DNA of 64,000 nucleotides, from assembly GCA_019056785.1 (NCBI GenBank), contig DXJV01000100.1, forward strand, positions 1 to 64,000, given 5' to 3'. The translations under genes and the position numbers were made by a program. Within the stretch, counting starts at the first letter, position 1. The number at the start of each line of letters is the position of its first letter. Under the pieces are notes generated by a model that was not told where the DNA came from, made no database searches, and saw nothing but the letters and a program-made list of their open reading frames with translations. Of the stretch, positions 1-9,562 are shown piece after piece. Source of the stretch: Candidatus Heimdallarchaeota archaeon (GTDB lineage Archaea > Asgardarchaeota > Heimdallarchaeia > JABLTI01).

Positions 1-174
1 CCTTCTTGGTGGAGGGGGAGGGGGGTAACTTTCAACAATTCCAAAATCACCCGGAATGGAAGAAGTGTGAGTATTTTGGTTAGCAGATGATTTGGGGATG
101 ATAGCTCCACATTCTGAACACGTTTCTGCGTCATCACGATTTGCTGTACCGCAACTGGGACAAAATATAGTCAT
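1..174 (-). CDS. Zinc-ribbon domain protein, partial (3' end runs off the window)
   Basis: Manual translation from ATG at 174: MTIFCPSCGTANRDDAETCSECGA...YPPPPPPRR. Two CxxC pairs; frame stays open to position 1; not in the ORF track. Confidence 0.75.
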   Translation of the reverse strand, partial: MTIFCPSCGTANRDDAETCSECGAIIPKSSANQNTHTSSIPGDFGIVESYPPPPPPRR

Positions 175-686
175 TGTAGTGTCAATTACCTTTATTTAAT
201 TCTTCATAGAATTATTTCCATCAAAATAATTAAATGTTCGGAAATCGTCAAAAATAAACAAATTATTAGGAACTTTTTAGCTGAACATAGAGACACCGCT
301 TGAAGGTAGGGAGTACAGACAGATATCGAAGGAAGAAAAAGCAGCCACCAGAGAAAGAATGCCAGAGGGTATATTCGTTTATACACCATTCACAAGATTT
401 AAGTACAATTATTGAAACATTACAGTATAGCAAGAACTAAAGTGATGACTGAGAAATAAAGATGGTTTAAAAAAACAGTCCACAAAAAGAAGTTTCGATC
501 ATTCCAAATGGAAAGATAAAAAAAGTACTTGGTGTAATATCTCTACATCGACAGGTTGAAGCAAGGCGTGCTTCACTGTTAAGGATGCTGAGAGGCATTC
601 AATTCAAACATTTGAAGTGTAAGACAAAAAAATGTCTTTCCAAGTATAAAATAAAAGACACCGACAAAAGGGCGGTTGATATAAAA

Positions 687-1178
687 GTGATTAATGTTAA
701 AGCCTTTGACAATGTCTTAAGTAAAATAATTAAAGCAGAAGCTGGCATTCGTAAAGTTATTTTAGTGGACCGTACAGGACTGACTATTGCTCATGTCTCT
801 AAGTTTTCATACTTTCCCATTGACGTGGATGGTGTCGGAGCAATTGCAAGCGCAGTATTTGTTGCCAGCGAAGAACAAGGAGTAAACCTTGATCTCGGCG
901 ATTTAGATATTGTCTCTTCAGAATTTGGGAAAGGGAAGATCTTTGCTGCGAGTTGTGGCAAAGGAATTCTTTGTGTCATCACGGATAACGATGTAAATAT
1001 TGGGTTAGTAAGATTGGTCTTAAAACGAGAGGCATCAGAGATTGAAAAACTTTTGAATGAATTCTTATCTGAGAAAATCCAATTCTCGAGCCCACTCCCT
1101 GAAGAAGCGGCTTCTGCCGGAAACAAATCAATGGATGACAACCTCGAGGAAGCTCTTAAAGAACTCGAAAAATTCTGA
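687..1178 (+). CDS. Roadblock/LC7 domain protein with acidic C-terminal tail
   Basis: GIRKVILVDRTGLTIA...GAIASAVF...GLVRLVLKR roadblock pattern. GTG at 687 is a more likely start than 585. Confidence 0.9.
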   Translation: MINVKAFDNVLSKIIKAEAGIRKVILVDRTGLTIAHVSKFSYFPIDVDGVGAIASAVFVASEEQGVNLDLGDLDIVSSEFGKGKIFAASCGKGILCVITDNDVNIGLVRLVLKREASEIEKLLNEFLSEKIQFSSPLPEEAASAGNKSMDDNLEEALKELEKF

Positions 1179-1239
1179 AAAGAAGAGAGAAATTAAAAAA
1201 GAAATATTTGGTACGCTTTTTATTTCCAAAAGCGTCAAC

Positions 1240-1551
1240 CTATTTTTTCCCTTTTAAAACAATCAGGATATAGTCATTCTCGGGTGCTACCAGAATTTCA
1301 CCCTTTGTAGTGTCAATTGTGAAGAAATTCAATTCGCCTTCTTCTAACTGCTCAACGGTTTGTGTCGCTTTTCCTACGAGTGAGGAGACCAATGCAGCAA
1401 CAGCTTCTGTTTTATCAGGGTCAATGTCACTTGAGAGTGGTAAGCCTTCGTTGTTAGTAATTATAACACCCCGTACACCTTCAAATCCAGCCAATTTTTT
1501 CAATGTTGCTTGAAATTGCTTCTGCGAAATCATCAATCTATCTCCAAACAA
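1240..1551 (-). CDS. Roadblock/LC7 domain protein
   Basis: [18 protein letters not shown]...[11 protein letters not shown]...GEILVAP; about 100 aa; true start may be the internal Met (MISQK). Confidence 0.92.
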   Translation of the reverse strand: MFGDRLMISQKQFQATLKKLAGFEGVRGVIITNNEGLPLSSDIDPDKTEAVAALVSSLVGKATQTVEQLEEGELNFFTIDTTKGEILVAPENDYILIVLKGKK

Positions 1552-1619
1552 TATTAATTAAACAACTTTAATCTAAAAGCATTTTCATTGAGGAAACAAA
1601 AGAGCATTTTTAAGGCGTC

Positions 1620-1832
1620 TTAAAGCTCTTTCTCAGTCCAATAATTGCCTTTTTGTCGCCGTTTTAACTCTGCCCGTTTACTTGCATTCCAGTTTTCAAT
1701 GACACTGAAATAACCAACTACACGACTCATACCAAAGACATTCTTGCTACCACAATAGGGGCAGTTTGGGCTAAGCTCTGGAAGAGAGGTCAATTTATCA
1801 GCTTTTTTCTTTTTGATCATCGTAGCAGTCAT
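1620..1832 (-). CDS. Stand-alone NrdD C-terminal (glycyl-radical) domain protein
   Basis: CPYCGS...SRVVGYF...NWNASKRAELKRR matches the class III RNR C-terminus. Confidence 0.85.
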   Translation of the reverse strand: MTATMIKKKKADKLTSLPELSPNCPYCGSKNVFGMSRVVGYFSVIENWNASKRAELKRRQKGNYWTEKEL

Positions 1833-2017
1833 AATATTTGCACGCCTTTATAGTCGCTAAATTAGTGTTACCTTTCTTGGTATTTAAAGGTCAACCATTA
1901 AGAATTAAGAAACTTCTGTCATAAGTAAAAAATAGTAAAAAGATGACAAATAACAAGGTATTTGTGCCCTAAGAAAAAACTATTATTATCAGTTATCTGT
2001 TTATTTAGATAGTATTA

Positions 2018-2728
2018 ATGGAAGGAATCGTAGTGAAAACATATGCTTTAGTGGGAAAGAAACTTTCTGAGTGTCAGCCGGAAGAACTTTATGAAGCCTC
2101 CCTCGGGATGATTGTCGATGAAAAAGAAGAGATGATACGATTAATCATTACCCCTGAAGCGCGGAAAAAACAGCGTGGAATTTTGATTCAACAAGCAGCA
2201 GATTTTAATAAAAAGGAATTCGCAGGAACATTTCTTGTGTCGCACCTCGAGAACCCCGACTTAGTGAAAGCATTTCTAATCGAGATAAAAAAGGGGAAAG
2301 ATCTTTCAACTGCAGAGAAAACTACAGAGAAGAAACCAAAGAAGAAGACACGAAAGAAGAAGGCGAGACAAGAACCCCAAGCAGAAGAGGAAGTCAACAT
2401 CCTAGAGAGATGGGACCCAGAACTTGTGAAAAAACTTGTGTCCTTTTTAGATGGCAAGCCCTATGCAGCTTTACCAGAGATCCAAGAGTATTTAGGGACT
2501 ACAGAAGGAGAAGCCTATTGGTTAACACAAGATTTAATTTATATTGGAACTTTGCCGGGCCGATGGGTTGGATATGATGATGGCTCATGGTATTATCAAA
2601 TTATTTCTGACCAGCCTTTAAGTAAAAAGAAAAAAAGCAAGAGCAAGAAATCACCGCCAACAAAGAAAACGACAAAAAGCGCTGGGATAAAAAAAGAAAC
2701 GAAAAGCACCAAGAAAAAAGCCGAATAG
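2018..2728 (+). CDS. Hypothetical protein: possible gelsolin-like N-domain, Lys-rich linkers, winged-helix/PCI-like domain
   Basis: Long ORF. GMIVDEKEEMIRLII...AADF pattern; LPEIQEYLG...QDLIYIGTLPG is WH-like. Domain calls are tentative. Confidence 0.6.
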   Translation: MEGIVVKTYALVGKKLSECQPEELYEASLGMIVDEKEEMIRLIITPEARKKQRGILIQQAADFNKKEFAGTFLVSHLENPDLVKAFLIEIKKGKDLSTAEKTTEKKPKKKTRKKKARQEPQAEEEVNILERWDPELVKKLVSFLDGKPYAALPEIQEYLGTTEGEAYWLTQDLIYIGTLPGRWVGYDDGSWYYQIISDQPLSKKKKSKSKKSPPTKKTTKSAGIKKETKSTKKKAE

Positions 2729-2731
2729 TTC

Positions 2732-3640
2732 TTATTGAATGCCAAAGACGATAAAAGCGACGACATAAAGTATATAAAAAGTGAATAGAACAGGTAGACT
2801 CGATCGATTAATGGTTAATTCTTCAGTTTGACTTACAGCGGTTGTTAAAAGAGGGAGAGACCAAGCTTGAGAAAGAATAATAAGAAGCTGCCCGTCCATA
2901 AAAAGAAAAGTTGTTGAGACAATGGATTGAAGCCAAATTAGGAACATAACAAGCAACGATGGGACCAATGTGAAAGGCGATACAGCCAAGAGTTTCAAGG
3001 GGTTGAAACGCCGCTTGTAAAACAGGCTTTTAAATGCTACTGGAACAATACCTATTACAAGCCAAAAACCAAACACACCAAGAATGGAATAATACCACTC
3101 TGTTACTTCCAGAGGATAAAAACCAATCAACACGGTTTGACTAGCAATGGAAAAATAAAGCAGCCCACCAATTATAAGCAGCCCTTCAAACAAAGAGCGT
3201 ACCGGTTCAGAAACCAAATACTGGAAAAGTTTCCGAGGAAGGAAAAAAGAAATGAGGATCCTCCAAAAACTCTCCCAAGAAAATTTCTTTTTTAGGGTGT
3301 CTCCTGTTGGTCGGAGATGAACATTAGAAGATGACAGATAGTCTTTATTAAGTAATATTAGATTGTAGGCAACTTTTCCCAGCGGAGTCAGAGAATACTT
3401 TTTGTCTGCATCTTGTTCCCAAAGATCTTTCATCATATTCAATTGATGATACAACGACCCAACCTTTAATTTGAACCGTTTTTGCAGGTCTAAAAAACCG
3501 GCTTTTTCATTTTCATAAAGAAAGGTGATGAGTTCACGTCGAACTTGACTACCCAGGGCTGAATAGATAATCTCCTCTTCAGCTGTTAAAGAACTGGTAT
3601 CATTTAGATTTTTAGTGGGTGGTTTTTTGTTCGAAGGCAT
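2732..3640 (-). CDS. ArsR-like winged-helix protein with multi-pass membrane C-terminus
   Basis: YSALGSQVRRELI...GSLYHQL...YSLTPLG followed by about 5 hydrophobic segments. Confidence 0.8.
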   Translation of the reverse strand: MPSNKKPPTKNLNDTSSLTAEEEIIYSALGSQVRRELITFLYENEKAGFLDLQKRFKLKVGSLYHQLNMMKDLWEQDADKKYSLTPLGKVAYNLILLNKDYLSSSNVHLRPTGDTLKKKFSWESFWRILISFFLPRKLFQYLVSEPVRSLFEGLLIIGGLLYFSIASQTVLIGFYPLEVTEWYYSILGVFGFWLVIGIVPVAFKSLFYKRRFNPLKLLAVSPFTLVPSLLVMFLIWLQSIVSTTFLFMDGQLLIILSQAWSLPLLTTAVSQTEELTINRSSLPVLFTFYILYVVAFIVFGIQ

Positions 3641-3677
3641 GAATCATTCCTCTGACAAAAATGAAGAGTGAGAAAAA

Positions 3678-4637
3678 TTATTGTTCCCACTCATTGTTAT
3701 TTGACTGTGGCTCTTGGATAAATGAAGAACTCTCAGCGTAAAAGTCAGTTTGAGGTTGTTGTTGATAGAGATCGTCTGGCAAAGCAGGTTGCTCTGGGTA
3801 AGTCACTGATTGCCCAACGTCTGGTGGGGCGACTTGAACGTCCGACGGAAAAACATCAATGTACTTCTTGGGTTTTTCAAGGGGGAATAAACGCCGACGG
3901 TCTATAGCGCCTCCACCAAGAATGCCACAGAGCATTGCTATAGTGATATAGGTTACAGCCATTAGAAAGACATTGGAAACCATAGAGGGGACAGAATCTC
4001 CTGCTGCAAGACCATTAATAACAATAGAAAAGGCATAATAACCCATAATAGGAAGCACTGAAATTGTCGAAGCAATCAGGCCATAGAGACTCTTACCAGC
4101 AATTAGTGAACCAATAAATAAACCGGGGACAAAAATGAGGAACACTAAAAAAATGGCTACATTCAAGTAGTCATAAAGTAAGAGAAAGATTCCTGCGGTA
4201 AGCGCCAAAGAAACAATAATACCAAAAATGGTTGAACCGACGCCGCGTTTGTATATTTTCTTGAAAAGAATGTTATCAATCTCTTCTTCAAAGCCATTAA
4301 AAACATTTAAATCGACAAAAGAAATTTCCGCCAAATATTGTTTGTATTTTTCTTGAAACAAATCAGAAATTTTAACCATCAGTTTCTCGACTAACTCAGC
4401 ATTATCTCGTTTGTCTGCAAGAGCTGCAACAAATAATTTCCCGGAGGAGCCATAAACAAATTGATTGTCTTCACCAGCAATTTGCTGAACGCCACCAATG
4501 CCACTTTCTTTTGAAAAGGCATCAAATGCCGTAAGGAGTCCGGAAATAAGCTGATCATCGATCGTTAGTTCTTCATTATATTTGTGGCTAAAAATACACT
4601 GACCTGTTTCAGTGATAATCCATAACGCTTGGATCAA
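3678..4637 (-). CDS. Longin-like domain fused to about 4 TM helices and a Q/P-rich tail
   Basis: MIQALWIITETGQCIFS...DDQLISGLLTAFDAFSKE...FQEKY is an Asgard-type longin signature; hydrophobic segments follow. Confidence 0.8.
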   Translation of the reverse strand: MIQALWIITETGQCIFSHKYNEELTIDDQLISGLLTAFDAFSKESGIGGVQQIAGEDNQFVYGSSGKLFVAALADKRDNAELVEKLMVKISDLFQEKYKQYLAEISFVDLNVFNGFEEEIDNILFKKIYKRGVGSTIFGIIVSLALTAGIFLLLYDYLNVAIFLVFLIFVPGLFIGSLIAGKSLYGLIASTISVLPIMGYYAFSIVINGLAAGDSVPSMVSNVFLMAVTYITIAMLCGILGGGAIDRRRLFPLEKPKKYIDVFPSDVQVAPPDVGQSVTYPEQPALPDDLYQQQPQTDFYAESSSFIQEPQSNNNEWEQ

Positions 4638-4953
4638 ATTGCTTTTTCCTCCAATAGATGAAATTTTGGTAAATAATCCATACAGATAACAGATATTTAA
4701 TTAATCATCCATAAAAACCATTCCTTTTGGGAAAAAGAGCCTTGAAAACAGAAAAAGGGGGGAAGGATAATTAAGAAACAAAGAAATTAATATAAGAAAG
4801 ACTATTAAAAAAACGAGAAAGAAGAATTGGATTACTAAGAATAGACATAAAAGAAAAATTATCAAAAGTAATTCTATCAACAAATTACTGAAACGATAAT
4901 TTTTTATTAAAAAATGGTGGTTAAAAGAAATTATTGCGACTAGGAAACAGTGA

Positions 4954-6282
4954 TTGAGTATGCAAAAAATATTGCTCCTTGGTTTGGATGGCGCGGGAAA
5001 AACAACCCTCTATCAGAAATTCTTTTTGAAAAAACCACTCAACCAGCTGAAAAAAATCCCGGCAACAAGAGGAATAGCAAAATACGATCATGATTTTTTG
5101 CGAACAGACTTTCAAATAATCGATGCTGGTGGAGGAAAACAATTCAGGCAAAGTTATATAGGCAATAAAGAGCTTGTCGATGGCTTAAACGCTATTGTCT
5201 TTGTGATTGACTCACTCGATGTTCGAAAATTCCAAGAAGTCGCGAACTTTTTCATCATTTGGATTAAAAGTGTTGCAAATTATTTGAAAAAGACGAAAGC
5301 CTATATGTTATTTCATAAAGTAGATCCCGGGACAGAAGCCAAGGTTAAACTGAACTTGCAACAGTTAGCGCCACTAATTAAACCAATCAATAACTTATAT
5401 CCAGGAGAGCTTTATACATCAATTACGAGTATTTATAATGATTCTTCGAACCAAATGTTTCAAAGAATTTTATTGGAGCTCTTACCTAGAAAAATGACAA
5501 CAGCTAAAGCACAAGAAAGACCAGTAGCCACTCCTCAACCAACCATCGCAACGAAGACAACTTCAACGGAAGAAGCCTTTCTCACAAAACCCGTTCATGT
5601 TCCTCCACAAAAGACACCTACAGGTATGAAACTCAGTCAACCACCAACAATGCCTTCTAAAACGTCGGCTACGCCAACATCAAAACCAATCACCACACCA
5701 CGAAAAACCATCACACCACCTAAAATAACCGGGACAGCAGAAAAGGTAGTGCCACCAAAAATTGGCAAACCATTGACCACAAAGGCAAGAGAAAGCAAGA
5801 AAATACAAGAGAAAACCGCAGAACGCCTTTCAGACATTATAGAAGCAACTTTAGATAATAACCCAAATTTCATTGCAATAGCAGTTTATACCGAACAAGC
5901 CGAACGCGTTTGTGGTGCAGTTCAACAAGGAAAAGATTCCATTATTTTACAAACAATTGAACAAACCTTGGCGAAAATAAACCTCGGGCAATACATGGAC
6001 AAACTGGGAAAAATTCGCATTGGTGGAGAAGGGCATATAAAAATAGATGAATACGATATTTTCTTCGAAAAAGTTTCTCCAGAGCATATCAGTATGGTCA
6101 TTTGTTTAGGAATAACAGAAGACACAATAAAAAACATCTCGCAAATAAACCGCTATTTAAATCAAGCATTAAGTGTTAAACCCGAAGGTGTATCAGAAGA
6201 AGCATTTAAACGTGCAGATTTGATGACCGAACTAAAAATGCGGTTGCATCATCGTGGCAAGAGCATCGATGAAATGCTCTGA
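4954..6282 (+). CDS. Rag/Gtr-like small GTPase with P/T/K-rich linker and C-terminal roadblock-like domain
   Basis: G1 GLDGAGKT, G2 PATRG, G3 DAGG, G4 HKVD, G5 TSI. Confidence 0.85.
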   Translation: MSMQKILLLGLDGAGKTTLYQKFFLKKPLNQLKKIPATRGIAKYDHDFLRTDFQIIDAGGGKQFRQSYIGNKELVDGLNAIVFVIDSLDVRKFQEVANFFIIWIKSVANYLKKTKAYMLFHKVDPGTEAKVKLNLQQLAPLIKPINNLYPGELYTSITSIYNDSSNQMFQRILLELLPRKMTTAKAQERPVATPQPTIATKTTSTEEAFLTKPVHVPPQKTPTGMKLSQPPTMPSKTSATPTSKPITTPRKTITPPKITGTAEKVVPPKIGKPLTTKARESKKIQEKTAERLSDIIEATLDNNPNFIAIAVYTEQAERVCGAVQQGKDSIILQTIEQTLAKINLGQYMDKLGKIRIGGEGHIKIDEYDIFFEKVSPEHISMVICLGITEDTIKNISQINRYLNQALSVKPEGVSEEAFKRADLMTELKMRLHHRGKSIDEML

Positions 6283-6411
6283 AAAAAGAACGACGATAAA
6301 TAAAAACACTTTTTCAATAATTTACTTTTTTAATACTGTAAAAAACCAAAGTGGTTAAAGCAAAAGAAAAAGGAAGAATCTATCCTAAAAAAAAATGGGG
6401 ATAGAAATTTC

Positions 6412-7011
6412 ATGAATACTATCATATTGACATACCGTAATAGTACAAAAAGAATTGTTGACTGGCAAACAAATCAAAATACTACAACCAAATTTTTACT
6501 GTCAATCATTTTTAGCTGCCTAACTGGTATTTTTGCCCAGCTAAGAATCCAATTGCCATTCACCCCAGTCCCAATAACTTTACAGACTGTAGCTGTTCTA
6601 GGGAGCGGCATTTTTCTGGGGCCGATCTTTGGTTGCTTAGCCCAGTTTTTTTATGTTCTCTTAGGCGCATCATGTATAGATTGGTTTACAGGAAGAACTG
6701 GCGGCTTGCAAAGCCTTCTCGGGCCAACCGGAGGGTATTTAATCGGATTTATTATTGCTTCTTTTGCCGCGGGATTTTTAAGAGAAAAACTCATTACTGA
6801 CAAATTTTCTATGAAGAATTTTTTTGTGATACTCATAGCAATTAATTTTTTGCTTATTTATATCCCTGGCATTTTGCAGCTGTTTTTCTGGTACAAAATT
6901 GCAGAAGGAGAGATTTTAACAATGAATGCCCTGCTTATAAAAGGAGTGATACCATATATATTCGGGGATCTTTTAAAAATAACTGCACTAACAATATATG
7001 CCAAATTTTGA
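6412..7011 (+). CDS. bioY: Biotin transporter BioY
   Basis: PFTPVPITLQT...GPTGGYLIGF...PYIFGDLLK motifs. Confidence 0.95.
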   Translation: MNTIILTYRNSTKRIVDWQTNQNTTTKFLLSIIFSCLTGIFAQLRIQLPFTPVPITLQTVAVLGSGIFLGPIFGCLAQFFYVLLGASCIDWFTGRTGGLQSLLGPTGGYLIGFIIASFAAGFLREKLITDKFSMKNFFVILIAINFLLIYIPGILQLFFWYKIAEGEILTMNALLIKGVIPYIFGDLLKITALTIYAKF

Positions 7012-7015
7012 GAAG

Positions 7016-7155
7016 TGGTGGACCGAGCGAGATTTGAATTCGCGGAAGGAGGGACTCATCCCATACTTCGCTCGCGGCCTTCGGAAGGTCTGTCGGAAGG
7101 TCCGCAACCTTTTCGATTGCAAATCCGACGTTCTACCAGTCTGAACTATCGGCCC
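7016..7155 (-). tRNA. tRNA-Ala(TGC) with two introns (37/38: 7087-7117; 53/54: 7039-7070), CCA encoded
   Basis: After removing both introns: acceptor GGGCCGA/TCGGTCC with G3:U70 and A73, anticodon stem TCGGA/TCCGA, T-arm GCGAG-TTCAAAT-CTCGC. Both junctions fold into bulge-helix-bulge motifs. Confidence 0.93.
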
Positions 7156-7220
7156 ACACTAGGGTTTCATTTGCACATTTCTTCTTTTTTAATTTTTTTA
7201 TTGGGTTTTATTTGTTTGCC

Positions 7221-8063
7221 TTATTGGGTAAACGTCAGCATAATAAGAACATTCAACAAGATATGCCCTACGGTTACACCGAGTATATTTTCCGTGTCAT
7301 AAACAGTTACCCCTGTCAATAAGCCCGAAATGGTGATAAAAGCAATAGCATTTGCCGGACCAATGATATCCGGCAACCAAGTAAATTCAAGCCAATGACC
7401 ACCCATCCAAACAGCAAATTGAAGGAGAAAAGCACCTCCATTGCCAATGTGGAGGCAATATTTCCCTTTTCCAAAAATCAAAGAGCCTTTCGCACGCATA
7501 AACTGTAATTGTACAAAAGCTTTCGAATAATACTCAAACATAATGATATTAAGTGAAATGAATAGCAACTCACGAAACCAGGCAGCTGGCGAAGAAAGAT
7601 GAAAATACCAAAAATTCAAGCTAATAACACCACTAACATTCTTATTTGCAAGGGTTATCCATGGATAGAAGATTCCAGCATGCATCCCAAGCCCTTGTAA
7701 TAAGCTCTTAAGTATGTTCTTTTTTGAGAGGCCTGAGGGGGTACCAATAAAAAACGTCTGAATTTTTCTCATTCGAACTAATTGATTAATTACAAGATAC
7801 AAAACCGGTAAAACTGTGAAACAGAAAAACGTGAGTGTTGCATGGAAGTAATAGTCACTCCCCATAATTTCAAATTGAGTAAAATAACTCAATGGAAAGA
7901 AAATAAGTAATGCTAACACCCCCACAATTAAATTCGCTCTAATCGCCTCTTTTATTGTAAAATAGGTCTGAGAAGTCGAAGGAGCAGCAAGTTTTTTTGA
8001 AGAACTTTTTTGATGGGCTTTCGAGGAGGGGGGAGTTTTTTGACGCAAGAACTCACAACACAA
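7221..8063 (-). CDS. CPBP/Abi-family intramembrane protease-like protein (divergent)
   Basis: Multi-TM; FEYYSKAF, GGHW and GHILLN resemble CPBP motifs; start uncertain. Confidence 0.6.
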   Translation of the reverse strand: MCCEFLRQKTPPSSKAHQKSSSKKLAAPSTSQTYFTIKEAIRANLIVGVLALLIFFPLSYFTQFEIMGSDYYFHATLTFFCFTVLPVLYLVINQLVRMRKIQTFFIGTPSGLSKKNILKSLLQGLGMHAGIFYPWITLANKNVSGVISLNFWYFHLSSPAAWFRELLFISLNIIMFEYYSKAFVQLQFMRAKGSLIFGKGKYCLHIGNGGAFLLQFAVWMGGHWLEFTWLPDIIGPANAIAFITISGLLTGVTVYDTENILGVTVGHILLNVLIMLTFTQ

Positions 8064-8152
8064 ATTAGTGGGTATTTCAACAGCAATATTTCTGCTATGA
8101 TTATTACACGAAGAATTATTAAATCTCTTTGTTTTATCTTTGTTGAACTGGT

Positions 8153-9562
8153 ATGAATGCTAATCTCGATCAAATAGATTTGCCGGAAATCTTCCGAAAG
8201 GGAGTTATTTGTGATTTACACGCGCACTCTTCTTATGCCGGGGGCACGGGGAGTTTGGATCTTACCACAGCTGTTAAAAACATGCCAAAAAAGGGAGTCC
8301 AGATCATCGGAACAGGTGATTGTTTATATCAACCATGGTTAAAAATCCTTAAGGAAAAGTTGCACGATCCAGATGAAAATGGTACCTTTGAATTAAAAGA
8401 AGCAGAGCAGGAGAAAGATCTCGAAACAAAATTTATCCTCCAAACAGAAATTGCTATAACTGCTCCTGTGGGGGTGGCACGGAAAAATGTCCATTGCGTC
8501 TTCCTTTGGCCAAATTTCAATGCAGTAGATGAAGCAATAAAATTACTCGAGAAATTCGGCGTGAAAAATTCGATGGGGAGACCATTTCTTACAAACAAAA
8601 ATCGCGAAGAAACATCAGATAGAATAACAAAATTACTCGAGATTGACCCATTGGTGGAATTCTTTCCGGCACATATCTTAGTTCCTCTGGGAATTTATGG
8701 ACCAAAACCAGCTATAACTTTTATGGACGACTTTTTCGGAGAAGTAGCATCACGCATCCATGCATTTGAAACAGGATTAAGTGCAGACCCCTCAATTTGT
8801 ACCCTTATTCCTGAATTGGACAAACTAACACTGATTTCAAATAGTGATGCTCATTCAGCAGCACTAAACAGACTCGGGAGAGAATTAACAAGCTTCGATT
8901 TGAAGAAAGTCAGTTATGAAGAATTAATTGACGCAATTAGAAACAATCGTGTTTGTTATACGGCAGAATTTCACCCTTCAGAAGGGCGCTATTTCTTAAC
9001 AGGCCACAGGGGAGGGATTCGAGGGCATAAAGAAGATGAATTTTGTGTCTTCTCACCGGACAGGGCGCCAAAAAATATGGTCTGCCCAATTTGTGGGCTA
9101 ACAATGAGTCCGGGTGTGCTACAACGAGCCATTGAACTTTCCAAAGCACAAGGAAGTGAACGGGAATTCGGGACCTTCTACGGGCAAAAAAGAAACTTCT
9201 ACCGGATGGTGCCACTTGTAGAGATACTTGCCCATGCTCTCGGAATAAAAAATTCAAACACAAAGAAAGTCACCTTGTTCTATGAGATCATAATTGGAGC
9301 AATTGGTAACGAGTGCAAACTCTGGACAACAAAACTAGAGGTGCTAACAGAGATATTGCAACAATTGGTTGATGAACCCATTGCTAGGGCGATTATAGAA
9401 GTTCGGAAGGGGAACTTTTGCTTTTCACCACCAGGATTTGATGGCACATATGGTGAGCTAATAATAGGTGAAACATCAAACTACCAAAACATCGAAATTA
9501 TCAAAGGAGCAAAAAGAGCCAGTCAACAATTAACACTAGACCGTTTTTCTACAAAAGATTAG
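8153..9562 (+). CDS. Endonuclease Q family (PHP domain) protein
   Basis: DLHAHS, GTGD, PAH, ETGLSAD, SNSDAHS, GRE, CPICG, PGFDGTYG; C-terminal PIP-like QLTLDRF. Confidence 0.9.
   Translation: MNANLDQIDLPEIFRKGVICDLHAHSSYAGGTGSLDLTTAVKNMPKKGVQIIGTGDCLYQPWLKILKEKLHDPDENGTFELKEAEQEKDLETKFILQTEIAITAPVGVARKNVHCVFLWPNFNAVDEAIKLLEKFGVKNSMGRPFLTNKNREETSDRITKLLEIDPLVEFFPAHILVPLGIYGPKPAITFMDDFFGEVASRIHAFETGLSADPSICTLIPELDKLTLISNSDAHSAALNRLGRELTSFDLKKVSYEELIDAIRNNRVCYTAEFHPSEGRYFLTGHRGGIRGHKEDEFCVFSPDRAPKNMVCPICGLTMSPGVLQRAIELSKAQGSEREFGTFYGQKRNFYRMVPLVEILAHALGIKNSNTKKVTLFYEIIIGAIGNECKLWTTKLEVLTEILQQLVDEPIARAIIEVRKGNFCFSPPGFDGTYGELIIGETSNYQNIEIIKGAKRASQQLTLDRFSTKD

Noticed and set aside
7087-7117. Reading tRNA-Ala as a single-insert tRNA with a mismatched anticodon stem needing editing
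   Set aside because: The two-intron model gives perfect stems and two BHB motifs.
7015-7302. 95-aa ORF on the + strand
   Set aside because: It is the antisense reading of the two-intron tRNA-Ala.
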